A stretch of 64,000 nucleotides of DNA from an uncultured delta proteobacterium (GCA_963745835.1 CAVUZH010000019.1:1-64000); one strand, 5' to 3'; positions 1 to 10,690 are shown, numbered from the stretch's first letter. Notes: generated by a model from the sequence alone, not told the origin. A program made the numbers and translations.

Positions 1-343
1 GCTTCAGATGATCGCAAGCTTTGATCAATCCGTAGTAGTTCGTGTAGATGTCTCGTGCCACGATCAGGGTCTGCGGGTAATCTCTGGGAGAGGAGATCGA
101 AATACGCTGGATCTTGGCTCTATTTTTTAGTCCGTACTTCAATCGGCGGAAGCAATCGAAGTGTAACAGACCCGTTAGGTAAATCTGCACAAACAGCGAA
201 GTCGTAAGTACAATTGGGAGAAGCATTCCGGGTTCAGCAAAATACAAATTAGTAATAAGATTGTTCGCGCCACGGTCCAGATAAGCTCTATAGTGTTTGA
301 CGGCTAACCAGCCGACGCGGTATTTCTCCCAGAAACGCCTCAT
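1..343 (-). CDS. Partial hypothetical protein running off the window edge (MRRFWEKYRVGWLAVKHYRAYLDRG...), coupled to the upstream GT2 or its frameshifted C-terminus
   Basis: Manual translation: open frame from ATG at 343 to position 1; ATGA overlap with the stop of 340..1671. Confidence 0.45.
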   Translation of the reverse strand, partial: MRRFWEKYRVGWLAVKHYRAYLDRGANNLITNLYFAEPGMLLPIVLTTSLFVQIYLTGLLHFDCFRRLKYGLKNRAKIQRISISSPRDYPQTLIVARDIYTNYYGLIKACDHLK

Positions 344-1671
344 CCGAGAAAGCCAGGGCACGCCTGATACGCGTCATGAATCCGCTCGCCAGCATGCCTC
401 GCGTCCTCTCCTACTCGCACAACAATCATCTTTACAACACCGATCAGAGGGACAGCCATAGCCCAAATCAGCAGCGAAACGCGGGAGTACAAACGATTAA
501 CCTGTTCACTGAAACGAAGAACGGCAGGATAAACTTCGTCGATCTTCTGTACAACCTCCTCAATGGAGCGACTTTCTAAAGTCAAGTTGCTGCTATCGTC
601 AGCCGGTTGAGTGCCGCCCATCTCCAGGAGAGGCCGCACGTAAAACGTGCGGTGATCTTCGATAATCCTGAAGCCTCGGTAGATATCGGTTTTAGGCTTA
701 GCCCGGTTTGAAGGCAAGTTTTTTTGCTGAGCCGCGATCATCGATCGATCCCATGCCGCCAGACACCATTTATCGATCAAGTGTTCTTTGATAGACACCG
801 CGCTCAAAGTTTCCCCATTTCTAATAAGATGCATCGTCTCGTTTTCGACCAGCGGGTAAACTCTCCCCGTAATCAGAGCTTCCAGTGCCGAACTCGACAT
901 TTGCCGTCCGTCGTGAGGCCCCTGATAGTTATCCACACCCGCCTGTCCGGGATGCCAGGTATGGTATAGGTACTCCGTTTCATCCCAGACCTCTTTGAAC
1001 CCCTTATTGAGCAGACGAAAGGTCATCTCGTAAGGACCGCAGATGTGGCCTAGATAGTCGATATGCTCGTCCGCCCCACCGATCGCGATGAGATCCGCAC
1101 GGCGGGCACACATGCAAGCGCCATAATTTCGGCTGTGCAATGGGTCGATCCGATCAGCAATACCGGCCGTTTTTCCATCAACATTGTTGATACAACCGTC
1201 CCCCAGAACCTCATCGAACGAAGGGTACTTGAACGGGTAGAGATCTCTCCGCGTGTTTCGAAATTGATCGAGGTGCAAAACGATTTGTTCGCGATCTTTG
1301 AAATGGCCTAAAATAGCTTCGATGAAACTGTCCATAACCATTGCGTCGGAATCGCATAGGACAACTACCTCGCCGTACGCCAACGCCAGTCCGCAATTGT
1401 ACATTAGGTGTTTGTGGTAGATGCAGGTTTCAGGCATCTCCAGCAAGACCCAGGTATCTAGTTCGTCCGCGAACTCCTTCAGTGTTTCCGCAGTGCGCGA
1501 ATAATACTCGATGAAAATTACCTCGAACTGGTCGCGATCCACGCTCTGATGCCGCAGATAGTGGAGCAGGTGAAAGCTTTCCCTCACGCTCCAGTCCAAG
1601 AGAATAAGGCTAAGCCTGGGCGCCTTACGCACACTCCGCTTAAGGAAGCGCATGTCGGGCCGCCAGCTCAA
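340..1671 (-). CDS. Glycosyltransferase family 2 protein
   Basis: GT-A features: N-terminal LSLIL strand, YNCGLALAYGEVVVLCDSD (DxD motif), IGGADE and HTWH C-terminal motifs. Confidence 0.8.
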   Translation of the reverse strand: MSWRPDMRFLKRSVRKAPRLSLILLDWSVRESFHLLHYLRHQSVDRDQFEVIFIEYYSRTAETLKEFADELDTWVLLEMPETCIYHKHLMYNCGLALAYGEVVVLCDSDAMVMDSFIEAILGHFKDREQIVLHLDQFRNTRRDLYPFKYPSFDEVLGDGCINNVDGKTAGIADRIDPLHSRNYGACMCARRADLIAIGGADEHIDYLGHICGPYEMTFRLLNKGFKEVWDETEYLYHTWHPGQAGVDNYQGPHDGRQMSSSALEALITGRVYPLVENETMHLIRNGETLSAVSIKEHLIDKWCLAAWDRSMIAAQQKNLPSNRAKPKTDIYRGFRIIEDHRTFYVRPLLEMGGTQPADDSSNLTLESRSIEEVVQKIDEVYPAVLRFSEQVNRLYSRVSLLIWAMAVPLIGVVKMIVVRVGEDARHAGERIHDAYQACPGFLG

Positions 1672-1747
1672 AGGTTATTTGCATTTGGTACAAACGCCGG
1701 AGATCTAATCACCCGCATGCGCCGACACCATTTGGATTCGTTCATTT

Positions 1748-2887
1748 CTAGGTAATTTGGGAAAGTGTTTTCTCATAACGGGCGATTGTTGAACTCCAAC
1801 AGAATCTTTCTCTGACTCTCCTCTGGGCGTATTCACCGAGCGATGACTTTATCTCGTTCCGGGCTAATAACTGGATGATACTTCTAGTCACGCCCTCATA
1901 ATTTCCGGGCGCAACTACGATTCCGCCCTTGCCATTGTCCACTGCATCCGGAACGCCACCCACGTTTGTCGCCACCACCGGCTTGGCGGCGGCGGCCGCT
2001 TCCAAGGCGACAATCCCAAAACCTTCGACATCGTCTTTCATTTGTAAAATCGGCAAGACCACAACATCGCAAAGGTTGTAGACTTTTATCAAGTCCTCAT
2101 CGCTTAAAGCGCCGAGCCATTGAACATGTTCTTCCAGATGGCCTGCAGAAATCGCGTGCTCGATTTCGCTGCGCACATCGTCTCGGTGAGTTAGAGAGTC
2201 TTTTGGATTGTCGCCAACAATAAGAAATCGGACGTCTGGCAATTCCTGAACAATGCGGCCGAGGGACTTCTCAACGAACTCCTTCACCCCTTTTCTGCGC
2301 GCCAGCCGACCGACGAACAAAATGATCCTTTTCCCCTGTAAGCCGCGCTCCAACTTCAGCGCGTCCATGGCCATAGGTAGCGCAAATCGTTGCCAGTGCA
2401 CGCCCGGATGAATGATGGTAATCGATTCTTCTAACGCGCCTTTGTCTTTCGCCAGACTGGCCGTGTAGCCACTGTTCGCAACAACTTGGTCGCAGAAACG
2501 TAGCCACCAAACTATAAACATCTGATAAACAAAGCTCGGATAAAGAAGATCCAGACCATGGGCCTGAATTAGCGCCTTGCAATGAAATATTCGAGCAAGA
2601 ATGCATACTAGCGGCGTCACCAAGACACTGCCGCCGAAGACTACTCGGATGTCCCGGTGACAGCGGAGAAGCAGCGCGCCTTTCCAAAGAGCATAAGCAA
2701 AGAACGCCACCAAGCCCGGCCGGCTTGGACGGAAGATTCCCGTCTTAGGCGGGCACGAATGATCCGCATATGCGGTGATGATGAACAGCTTATGATTCTT
2801 GCTGAGTTCGTCACATAGATTCCCTAGTAGTTGTTCCATTCCGCCTCGCCGTGGCGGAAAATTCCAGGTGATGACAAGGATGTTCAT
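1748..2887 (-). CDS. Glycosyltransferase family 4 (GT-B, PimB-like)
   Basis: NFPPRRGGME N-terminus, FVGRLARRKG, EGFGIVALEAAAAAKPVVATNVGG. Confidence 0.92.
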   Translation of the reverse strand: MNILVITWNFPPRRGGMEQLLGNLCDELSKNHKLFIITAYADHSCPPKTGIFRPSRPGLVAFFAYALWKGALLLRCHRDIRVVFGGSVLVTPLVCILARIFHCKALIQAHGLDLLYPSFVYQMFIVWWLRFCDQVVANSGYTASLAKDKGALEESITIIHPGVHWQRFALPMAMDALKLERGLQGKRIILFVGRLARRKGVKEFVEKSLGRIVQELPDVRFLIVGDNPKDSLTHRDDVRSEIEHAISAGHLEEHVQWLGALSDEDLIKVYNLCDVVVLPILQMKDDVEGFGIVALEAAAAAKPVVATNVGGVPDAVDNGKGGIVVAPGNYEGVTRSIIQLLARNEIKSSLGEYAQRRVRERFCWSSTIARYEKTLSQIT

Positions 2888-2897
2888 ACAATCTGAA

Positions 2898-3698
2898 TTA
2901 TTTGTTCAAAACGCAGAGATAGTAGACTTGGTATTGCCAATTCAGCGGCCAAAACGGCAACGCCGCTGCCTGAGCAGCTCTGAGCGGCCATTCATAAAAG
3001 GGGCCGCGAAATATCCATGCCGTCGATATGATGTGGAGATCCTTCCAACGCGCTTTCACACGCAGCCCGGCGGATTCGAAAAGCTCCTCCCAATCGAGCA
3101 GTGAAAGCGCCTGTTCTTTCACCGCTGCTTGCAAGGTACCGTTGTACAGGCCCAAGCGGCTCGGCGGAAAGTCCGCGTTGGGAACCAGCAACAAAATAGA
3201 GGCATTCGTTTTCGCGACCCGGATCATCTCTTGAAGAGAGCCCTCGATGTCGAGAAAGTGTTCGAGCGCGCCTAGACAGGAAATGAAATCGAACTGCCGA
3301 TCCGCAAACGGCAGCCGTTCGGCCGGTCCGCAGTGAAGCTCAGCTTCGGGAACAGTGTTTCTGCAAGCATTTAACGCAACTTGAGAAATGTCTATTCCTG
3401 CGGTTATAGCCCCGCGCTCGGCAATTGCCTGTAACCAACCTCCCGGCCCGCATGCCACGTCCAGGGCCCGCCGGCCGATCCAAGGGTCCAACCGCCTTGC
3501 TAGCCGGCGCAAATGGAATCCAGGAGAATGTCTGTTGATGACGTCGCGGTAATAGAAATGATTGTAGAATTCCCTGACCGCATCGTAGTCCAGTTGCCGG
3601 TCTGCTCCAATATTTCTTTGTCCCCTCATCTCATCGCACTTGATAAATAACGCCGTCGTTTTCACGCGCCAAGACCTGGAGGCCCAAAGTTCTCTCAA
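2898..3698 (-). CDS. Class I SAM-dependent methyltransferase
   Basis: LDVACGPG motif I, LPFADRQFDFI, ALEHF; true start may be downstream (~3628). Confidence 0.88.
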   Translation of the reverse strand: MRELWASRSWRVKTTALFIKCDEMRGQRNIGADRQLDYDAVREFYNHFYYRDVINRHSPGFHLRRLARRLDPWIGRRALDVACGPGGWLQAIAERGAITAGIDISQVALNACRNTVPEAELHCGPAERLPFADRQFDFISCLGALEHFLDIEGSLQEMIRVAKTNASILLLVPNADFPPSRLGLYNGTLQAAVKEQALSLLDWEELFESAGLRVKARWKDLHIISTAWIFRGPFYEWPLRAAQAAALPFWPLNWQYQVYYLCVLNK

Positions 3699-3787
3699 GC
3701 TCCTCGACTACCGGCAAGTACCAGCGCCAATCCACCCTACACGGCACAGGCGCGAAGGGTTATGCCCTATGCCTCTTGCGCGTAACT

Positions 3788-5320
3788 CTACTTGATACCG
3801 TAAATCACCGGATCGCTTTTGCCTGAGATCATTCGTAAGCCGATCTTCGTCTCCAAATCTTTCAGCGACGGCAGAAACCACTCTCGACTTTCGGCATTGA
3901 AGTACGCCACAACTCCGTTCTTCTCCAGTAGATTTTTTTTCATCTCCGCGACTTCAATCTCGTACTCGCCGTTTTGAAGTCGACTATAAGGGTCCAGCTT
4001 TCGTGGAAGCATATAGGTAAGCCTATCGAGAAACATGTAAATTAAGTCGGGCGCATTGGTATAAACAGGAGTTGTTGCGTCCAGCCGGCCAACGAATCGC
4101 ATTGATTCGGAGTCCTTCCAACCTTTCGCTGCCAGGCCGACGCCAGAAGTGTAGCTGACCTTAAGCCATGCCATCGCCGGAATGGCTTGTAAGGCCGATA
4201 ACATGAAAACGACATAGATGGAGAAGCGACCAAGCGGGGACATATTTGTCAGCGCTCTCGTCCTTCCAACCCAAACTGCCGAGACGACAATAATCATCGC
4301 TGCAAAATATGCTGGCGCCAGCATGCGGGTATCTAATGGTATCGCTGCATCAAGAAGGGAGCGCGACGTAAAAATGAATGCAGCATAACCAACGATAAAC
4401 AACACACAGATTTGGTGTAGGCGCGAGTTCAGCAGAACCATCTTAGTCGCGGACCAGGATAATACGCCGATGACGACTAGCAAAATTAGTAGCCGGGGCC
4501 AAATCGCCTCGCCTAACAAGGTTACCGGAAATAACCAAAGGCACACCGCGTCAACGGCCATGGCTAGTTCTTTAATTCCGGGCAGGTGAACAGCAAAAGT
4601 CCGATTGACGGAGTTTCCAGCTGACAATTTATTGCGGATAATCCAGGCCAGTAGGGGCAGCGCGCTGAAGATGAGAAAAAGACTCGCGCGGATCAATTTC
4701 CTTTTCCAATGCCAGGTATTGAGGCAGATCAGTGCGGCAGTTCCCGTTAGAACGAAAATCAGTCCGGCATATCGTGTAAGGCTACTCAAAGCTATCGAAA
4801 GAGCAGAGAGATAGAGCATCCCTCGTTTGGAACCATTTATATATTGCGTCAGCAAATAGAGCCCGAAAAATCCTAAAAACAAGCACAAAGGCTCGGTTAG
4901 TGCGGTTGAGTGTATTTGAACCATAGGAAACGCCGTAGCCGTCAAGAAAGAAGCGGCTACGGATGCAGCAACGGAATGAGTCGAAGCGAACACGATCCAA
5001 GCCGCGAGGATAATATTGGATGCGAACAAGAGCGCGTTCAGCCAACGGACGCCTTCAAGGGGATCGATGCCGGCAAGGCCGAGCCCCGAAACCATCAACG
5101 GATAAAGAGGCGCATAGTGGGTAACCGGCGCCATCTGGCCGTTATCGTCAAAGTAGGTGACGCCGGCGCCGCGCAACAGATTGCGAGCGACTCCTACATA
5201 GACGACCGAATCGGAATAAATGCCAGTTCCTCCGCGCGTACATAAAATAATTCCCAAGAAACCCATAACGGCAATGCCGAACACAATCGCGCAAAGCAAA
5301 CGGCGGGTGCAGCAGATCAT
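3788..5320 (-). CDS. GT-C fold polytopic membrane glycosyltransferase (ArnT/PMT-like)
   Basis: Many hydrophobic segments; DSVVY in first loop, HYAPLYP, TEPL and LTRYAG motifs. Confidence 0.72.
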   Translation of the reverse strand: MICCTRRLLCAIVFGIAVMGFLGIILCTRGGTGIYSDSVVYVGVARNLLRGAGVTYFDDNGQMAPVTHYAPLYPLMVSGLGLAGIDPLEGVRWLNALLFASNIILAAWIVFASTHSVAASVAASFLTATAFPMVQIHSTALTEPLCLFLGFFGLYLLTQYINGSKRGMLYLSALSIALSSLTRYAGLIFVLTGTAALICLNTWHWKRKLIRASLFLIFSALPLLAWIIRNKLSAGNSVNRTFAVHLPGIKELAMAVDAVCLWLFPVTLLGEAIWPRLLILLVVIGVLSWSATKMVLLNSRLHQICVLFIVGYAAFIFTSRSLLDAAIPLDTRMLAPAYFAAMIIVVSAVWVGRTRALTNMSPLGRFSIYVVFMLSALQAIPAMAWLKVSYTSGVGLAAKGWKDSESMRFVGRLDATTPVYTNAPDLIYMFLDRLTYMLPRKLDPYSRLQNGEYEIEVAEMKKNLLEKNGVVAYFNAESREWFLPSLKDLETKIGLRMISGKSDPVIYGIK

Positions 5321-5371
5321 CAGGCCTCTTAGTGGTTAGTACGACGTGAGGGCAGCGAAATCGGCAATTGT

Positions 5372-6310
5372 CTATAGCTCTTGCTCGCGTCTGCCTTCCG
5401 TACGCTCAGACCTCGACGACGCTCTTTGCTCCATCCTTAGTAGCGCGATCTGCTCGGACACCAGCCCAAGCATAAAAATGATCACCGCGGTGGTCAGCAG
5501 GAAGACAGACATGTTCGTGAAACGGTGCTGCGTGAAATACGTGTGGACATAATTGGCTAAGCCCGCGAAGAAAAAAAACATACTGACTGGCAGGAAGATA
5601 CGAAAAGGCGAAAACAGCGTGGCTATTTTGGTGATGATCAACAAGAACCGGATGCCATCGGTAACCAGGCTGATTTTACTTTGCCCGGCCCGATAGAGCG
5701 ACTGGATCGGCACATACTTGATGGTCAACCCAGAGCGCAAAAATGCCAAGGTCAAGGTCGTAGGGTAAGAAAACGTATTGGGCAAGAGGTCGATAAACCG
5801 CAAAGCATCGCTGCGCGACAGAACCCGGAAACCGGAGGTAAGGTCCTTTACTTTGAAACGGGTCACATAAGAAGCCAACAGATTGTAAAAGAGGTTGGCC
5901 GCATTGCGATGAAATCGCAGTTTTGAGCCTTTGGCACGCTGGCCGACAATCATGTGATAGCCTTCGCACTGCGCCAGCAATTTCGGAATATCCGCCGGTT
6001 GGTGCTGGCCGTCACCGTCCATCAGCACCAACCTTCTCCCCTGGGCAGCTCTGATACCGCTCTTCACCGCGGCCCCATTGCCGATATTGTAGGGATGTCG
6101 CACCACATTGGCGCCGGCGTTGAACGCTACCTCGGCGCTACCATCAACAGAGCCATCGTCAATTACGAGGATTTCACACTGGGCGATTTCCAGAGCACGG
6201 ATGTCTTCCAAAAGCTCACGGAGGCTCTCCGCTTCATTAAAAACAGGAATAATGATTGATACGGCGCACGATCTAGAGGCGGATCTCGTATACGGCATAA
6301 CCTCTCTCAC
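5372..6310 (-). CDS. Polyprenol-phosphate glycosyltransferase (DPM1/GtrB-like GT2) with two C-terminal TM helices
   Basis: IIIPVFNEA, IDDGSVD, MDGDGQH, DLTSGFR motifs. Confidence 0.9.
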   Translation of the reverse strand: MREVMPYTRSASRSCAVSIIIPVFNEAESLRELLEDIRALEIAQCEILVIDDGSVDGSAEVAFNAGANVVRHPYNIGNGAAVKSGIRAAQGRRLVLMDGDGQHQPADIPKLLAQCEGYHMIVGQRAKGSKLRFHRNAANLFYNLLASYVTRFKVKDLTSGFRVLSRSDALRFIDLLPNTFSYPTTLTLAFLRSGLTIKYVPIQSLYRAGQSKISLVTDGIRFLLIITKIATLFSPFRIFLPVSMFFFFAGLANYVHTYFTQHRFTNMSVFLLTTAVIIFMLGLVSEQIALLRMEQRASSRSERTEGRREQEL

Positions 6311-8056
6311 GGAAAGCTAATCTAAGGCGAGTCGTCGCGAAATCATTCCACAAATGGCCTTGAGCCGGTGTTAGGTTGTCGGTTAGAAAGCGGATCAGGA
6401 GATCCTCTCGAAACATCAGGTGCGTGAGATTCCTGCTACTGAGGACTCGTCCGATATCTTCTGGGTCCTTTGCTTTTTGGATGGCTCCGATAAGAAAGGC
6501 AGGGAGCTCGCCGGCGTCATGAAAATAATCCCGCTCGCAATAATACGCCCGGCGGCCGAGAAATAGAAGATAAATCTTAGCCGTGCTCGTAACTTTGTCA
6601 TTGACGTACCGCATGGCCGGATACTCTGGCAGAGCCCGATCGAGGAACGCCTCGCGAGACTCACTTCCGCTCAGGTACTTGGACGGCCGGCTGTCCTGCA
6701 CATACCGCCAGAGATAAACTCCATGCCAGGCCGCGAAAAAAAGCAATGTAGCGTACAGCAAAAGCGGCCGCTTGATACTCAGATACATATTGAAAATGCC
6801 ATAACCCATTAACAGCGCCAACGATGGCACGATCAGAAGAATGTAGCGGATGCGCATGTCTATCAGAAACAAGGCCAAGCGCCAAGTAGCCGAAGGCAAA
6901 GAACGCAATCAGCTTTTTTTCGTCGCTCCATTTTCCTTTGAATGCCCAAGGCAGCAACAGTAACAAAATCGGGGTCAGCACGCCGTCAAAGTACTGCGGG
7001 TTGTCATCCTGACCAGAAATAAAAATCCGCAGCGGCAAGCCGAGAATCTGCCAGAGACTCTCGCCATAAAGAAGGTGCCTTTTTTCCAAGACCCCGAAGC
7101 CAACGAAACTTGCGGCATCGATCACAGATGCGTTTCGCGCAGGGAAAAAGTCGCCCAACAGGGGATAGAAAGGATTGCCGGTCTGGTGCCAGTTTTTCAG
7201 CAACCACGGCATAAACGGTAACAGCGTGACCCCGGCAAATAGCGCGAGATCGGAAACCAGCCTGCTCAACGGCATCCTCGGAGCTCTTCCAATTACCAGC
7301 ACAAACAGCAGTCCCAACAGCAGAGCGGCAAGCAGCCCGTTAGGTTTTGTCGCCAGCGCAAAACCAAGGGACAAGCCGGCAAGAAACAACCAACATCGAG
7401 CCCTCTTCTCAGACCAACGCAGCAAACACAAAAGAGTGGCAGTGGAATAAGAAGGTGATACCGAGATCGATGTAGGCCCAGTGGCTCAAGCGTAAGACGG
7501 CGGGGGTCGAAATGAAAAAGAAAAAGCCCAGCAGCCCATACACCGGACTTAAACGCCGGGTTAGATGAGCATAGATCAATAAGCCGGTGAGAAAACCAAA
7601 GAGCGCGTGGACATGTTTGGCAATGAAATCGTAACCCCAGTAAATCAACGGCGTGTAGAGCATATCGAGGAGCATTGGATAATAGGCATAGGGCGCCATC
7701 GGCACTTCGATGATCCGACCCGCGCGAGCGTAGAGTTTTGGTATCGCCAGATGATGGGTTAGCTCATCCCGCGCCGTGGGTGGCAAAAAGCCAAGAATAA
7801 CTTCGGCGATGAGGATCACCAGGACTGCAACCCAGATCAATCTTCCCAGCCTGTTGGCTTTGATCGGAATTGAAAAAAATTCGGCTAAAAAAAATAGCGC
7901 GCAGGCGGCGAGGACCGATACGACGGCAACGTTGAGCAAGGGGTTGTACACATAGCCGGCGAGGCCCAGCAAAAAGTAAAGGGTTGCAGCCGTTCCAAGA
8001 ACACAACCGGCTAAGCAGCTTTTGAACAGGAGGGCCGAAGAGCGCTCATCAATCAT
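6273..8056 (-). CDS. Second GT-C membrane glycosyltransferase, split into three ORFs by two apparent +1 frameshifts (~7450, ~6880)
   Basis: ORFs 7409..8056, 6661..7431, 6273..6908 join into one protein (DELTHHLAIPK; YIDLGITF/YSTATLLCLLRW; ATKPNG; PWLLKNWHQTGNPFYP). Confidence 0.72.
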
Positions 8057-8418
8057 TCAGATGTCAACGTTCCGGGTCGGAAATGGTTTAGGACTCAATG
8101 GGGTGCAAGCGAAGCGCCCACCAGCACGGAGCGACCAGTGAGCGCATCAGCTAAGGAGAAACAGATCGAGCTTGAATGCGGCAGGGCATCGGCTCTATTA
8201 AGCCGGCTATGACGGCAACAACCGTGATAAAATTTACCAAGCGGCTTTGCGCTGATCTCCCGCAATCATTCACGCGGCGGATTTTACCATTCCACACTCA
8301 CCCAGTGGGAAGATCTCATGGGCGCGCGCTTCCAGGGCGCCGAGCATTCCCTCAACCGCGCACACCATTTATTCCTATCTTCCTAAGCTATTGAGCGTGA
8401 TACCGTTGTCCTCAGCAC

Positions 8419-9018
8419 TTACAGCGACTTAGCGTCGAAGCTGTCCGTCAATGTATTGAGTTTTAGTGTCTGCCGCATGTTCTCCAGAAACGCGTGAACG
8501 TTCTTATAACTTGCCGGGATCTCGAATTTGACGGTAGTATAGAGATAATGGAGCTGCGAGAAAATCGCGATGTCGGCGATGGTCATCCGATCAAAGATAA
8601 ACTTCTTCCCGGAATACATTAGATCCAAGGTCCTGAAATGGCCTGCCCATTCGTCTTCGGCTTTCTTGCGAGCCTCCGCTGTTTCGGCGCGGCGAATCGC
8701 ATGGTTGGCATGGATCAGAACTTCATCAGACCAGTCTTCCAGCGCAAGACAAAGGCCCTTGTTTGCCGCTCCCTCCGGATAAATGCTCGCCGCCGGATGC
8801 TTGTCTTCTAACAAAGCGGAAATGATCGTCGAATCGATCACACATTGACCGTCATAATCTAGCGAGGGAACTTTCCGTTGTCCGGTATACTCGATGAGCG
8901 ACTTGCGATCGTCTTTGCGCACATCGACGATCTCATACGGGACTTTCTTCATTGCAAAAACAACGCGCACCTTTTCGCAAAACATCGAAGTTTGTGATTG
9001 AAAAAGCCTCACCGTCAT
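8419..9018 (-). CDS. Glutathione S-transferase family protein
   Basis: SMFCEKVR, GQRKVPSL (cis-Pro), IDSTII, TIADIAIF. Confidence 0.88.
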   Translation of the reverse strand: MTVRLFQSQTSMFCEKVRVVFAMKKVPYEIVDVRKDDRKSLIEYTGQRKVPSLDYDGQCVIDSTIISALLEDKHPAASIYPEGAANKGLCLALEDWSDEVLIHANHAIRRAETAEARKKAEDEWAGHFRTLDLMYSGKKFIFDRMTIADIAIFSQLHYLYTTVKFEIPASYKNVHAFLENMRQTLKLNTLTDSFDAKSL

Positions 9019-9198
9019 AATCTATTCTCCCTTCAATGAAGTAGTCGGGTTGTAAACCGTTTAGACTGCTGATGGAAACCGAATTCGATTCTAAAGGCCT
9101 TTTAGAAGCCGTGCAACAGATTCGATCACGTCCCGTGAAGTCATTGACCTGTGGAGTATTCATGAGTATTCTTTCCAACATGTAAAGAGGGGGCCTCT

Positions 9199-10281
9199 AT
9201 GAGTGCCGCTGAGCCAAATCAAATAGAGAGTTTTTACCAGGAAGCCGAGGCCAAACATCTCATACCGCTGTGGAAGGTAACGGCCAAATTGTTAGCGCCG
9301 GAACCGCAAACCAAGGTCCTGCCTTATCTTTGGAAGTGGTCCGATCTACGACGGATGGCCTATCGCGCGGGCGACCTTGTACCGATCGAACGCGGCGGAG
9401 AGAGGCGAGTTTTGGCTTTTGTGAACCCCGGCTTAGAAGGTAAGTATGCCGCCACGCATACCTTGTGGGGGGCGGTGCAGATTGTGCTTCCGGGAGAAAT
9501 TGCGCCGTGTCATCGTCATTCGGCATCGGCCATCCGCTTTATCATCGAGGGCAGTCGCTCGTTCACCAATGTCGATGGCGACAAGTGTGTCATGAGCCGT
9601 GGCGATTTGGTGCTGACTCCGAACTGGAGCTGGCACGATCACGGCAATGAATCTGATCAGGCGATGATCTGGATGGATGGTCTCGATCTTCCGTTGGTCA
9701 ACGACTTGGATGGCATCTTTTTCGAGCCTTACCCGCAGCACAAACATCCGGTTACCCAAGTGAACGGATCGGAGCAGAAATATGGCGGCGCTCATTTAAA
9801 GCCCACCTGGGAGAATCCGCCTGCAACCCGTTCTCCACTATTGAACTACAAATGGGACCCAACTTACGAGGCCCTTAAACGTATCGGCGAAGGTTCAGCC
9901 AGTCCGTTCGATGATGTCTGCTTCGAGTATTTAAACCCTAACACCGGCGGGCCGACCCTGCCGACCATGAGTTGTTGTGTTCAGCTTATTCGGCCGGGCG
10001 TTCACACCCAAGCGCATCGCCAGGTCAATAGCGCGGTGTATCACGTCTTTGAAGGGCGCGGCCATGCGGTCATCAATGGCCAGCGCTTCGACTGGGAACG
10101 GGGCGACTTCTTTGTTGTGCCGCCGTGGGCATGGCATGAATTCGCCAATGAGAGCGACGATGAACTGATTCTGTTCTCGGTACAAGACACACCCGTGATG
10201 CAAGCTCTCGGCCTTTACAAAGAAGAAGCCTACACCGAGAACGGCGGCCGGCAAGAGGTTTCCGGAACCTTTGGCGGTTAG
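9199..10281 (+). CDS. Gentisate 1,2-dioxygenase-family bicupin
   Basis: ERRVLAFVNPGL, APCHRHSASAIRF, WSWHDHGN, WMDGLDLPL, YLNPNTGGPTLPTM; purine-rich RBS. Confidence 0.88.
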   Translation: MSAAEPNQIESFYQEAEAKHLIPLWKVTAKLLAPEPQTKVLPYLWKWSDLRRMAYRAGDLVPIERGGERRVLAFVNPGLEGKYAATHTLWGAVQIVLPGEIAPCHRHSASAIRFIIEGSRSFTNVDGDKCVMSRGDLVLTPNWSWHDHGNESDQAMIWMDGLDLPLVNDLDGIFFEPYPQHKHPVTQVNGSEQKYGGAHLKPTWENPPATRSPLLNYKWDPTYEALKRIGEGSASPFDDVCFEYLNPNTGGPTLPTMSCCVQLIRPGVHTQAHRQVNSAVYHVFEGRGHAVINGQRFDWERGDFFVVPPWAWHEFANESDDELILFSVQDTPVMQALGLYKEEAYTENGGRQEVSGTFGG

Positions 10282-10298
10282 GATCATTAGGAACTGGC

Positions 10299-10508
10299 AT
10301 GGCAAAGTATTTACAATGCAGCGAGTGCGGCAAACTGGCCTTTTACTACGACGACTATGTCGGTACTGAAAAGCCCTTTTACAAGCGATTCATGCGCTAC
10401 CCCGAAGGCGAAACCAATTACCAGCTCCCCCGCTGTTTCAGCTGCGGCGGCGTGCCGCGCATGATCCACGATTTAATCAAGGAAGAAAAAGCCGCTGCCA
10501 AGCATTAG
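10299..10508 (+). CDS. Small putative zinc-ribbon protein (69 aa)
   Basis: CSEC and CFSC pairs; AGGA RBS; 17 bp after the dioxygenase stop. Confidence 0.6.
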   Translation: MAKYLQCSECGKLAFYYDDYVGTEKPFYKRFMRYPEGETNYQLPRCFSCGGVPRMIHDLIKEEKAAAKH

Positions 10509-10573
10509 CCGCGTCGGCTAAAGACATTTCACCTTGCGCGCTGCTTCAAGTCGCTCATCCTATCGAAATGCAC

Positions 10574-10605
10574 AAAAAAAGGGCGGGTGATTACCCGCCC
10601 CTTTT
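10574..10605. terminator. Bidirectional intrinsic terminator
   Basis: AAAAAAA-GGGCGGGT-gatt-ACCCGCCC-CTTTT hairpin between the convergent Zn-finger ORF and tRNA. Confidence 0.8.
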
Positions 10606-10611
10606 GCGAAT

Positions 10612-10687
<76 letters not shown>

Positions 10688-10690
10688 AGA

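Noticed and set aside
8057-8418. Possible ncRNA or riboswitch in long intergenic regions (also 34070..34537, 57424..57766, 60296..60594)
   Set aside because: No family consensus recognised by eye; an Rfam covariance search would be needed
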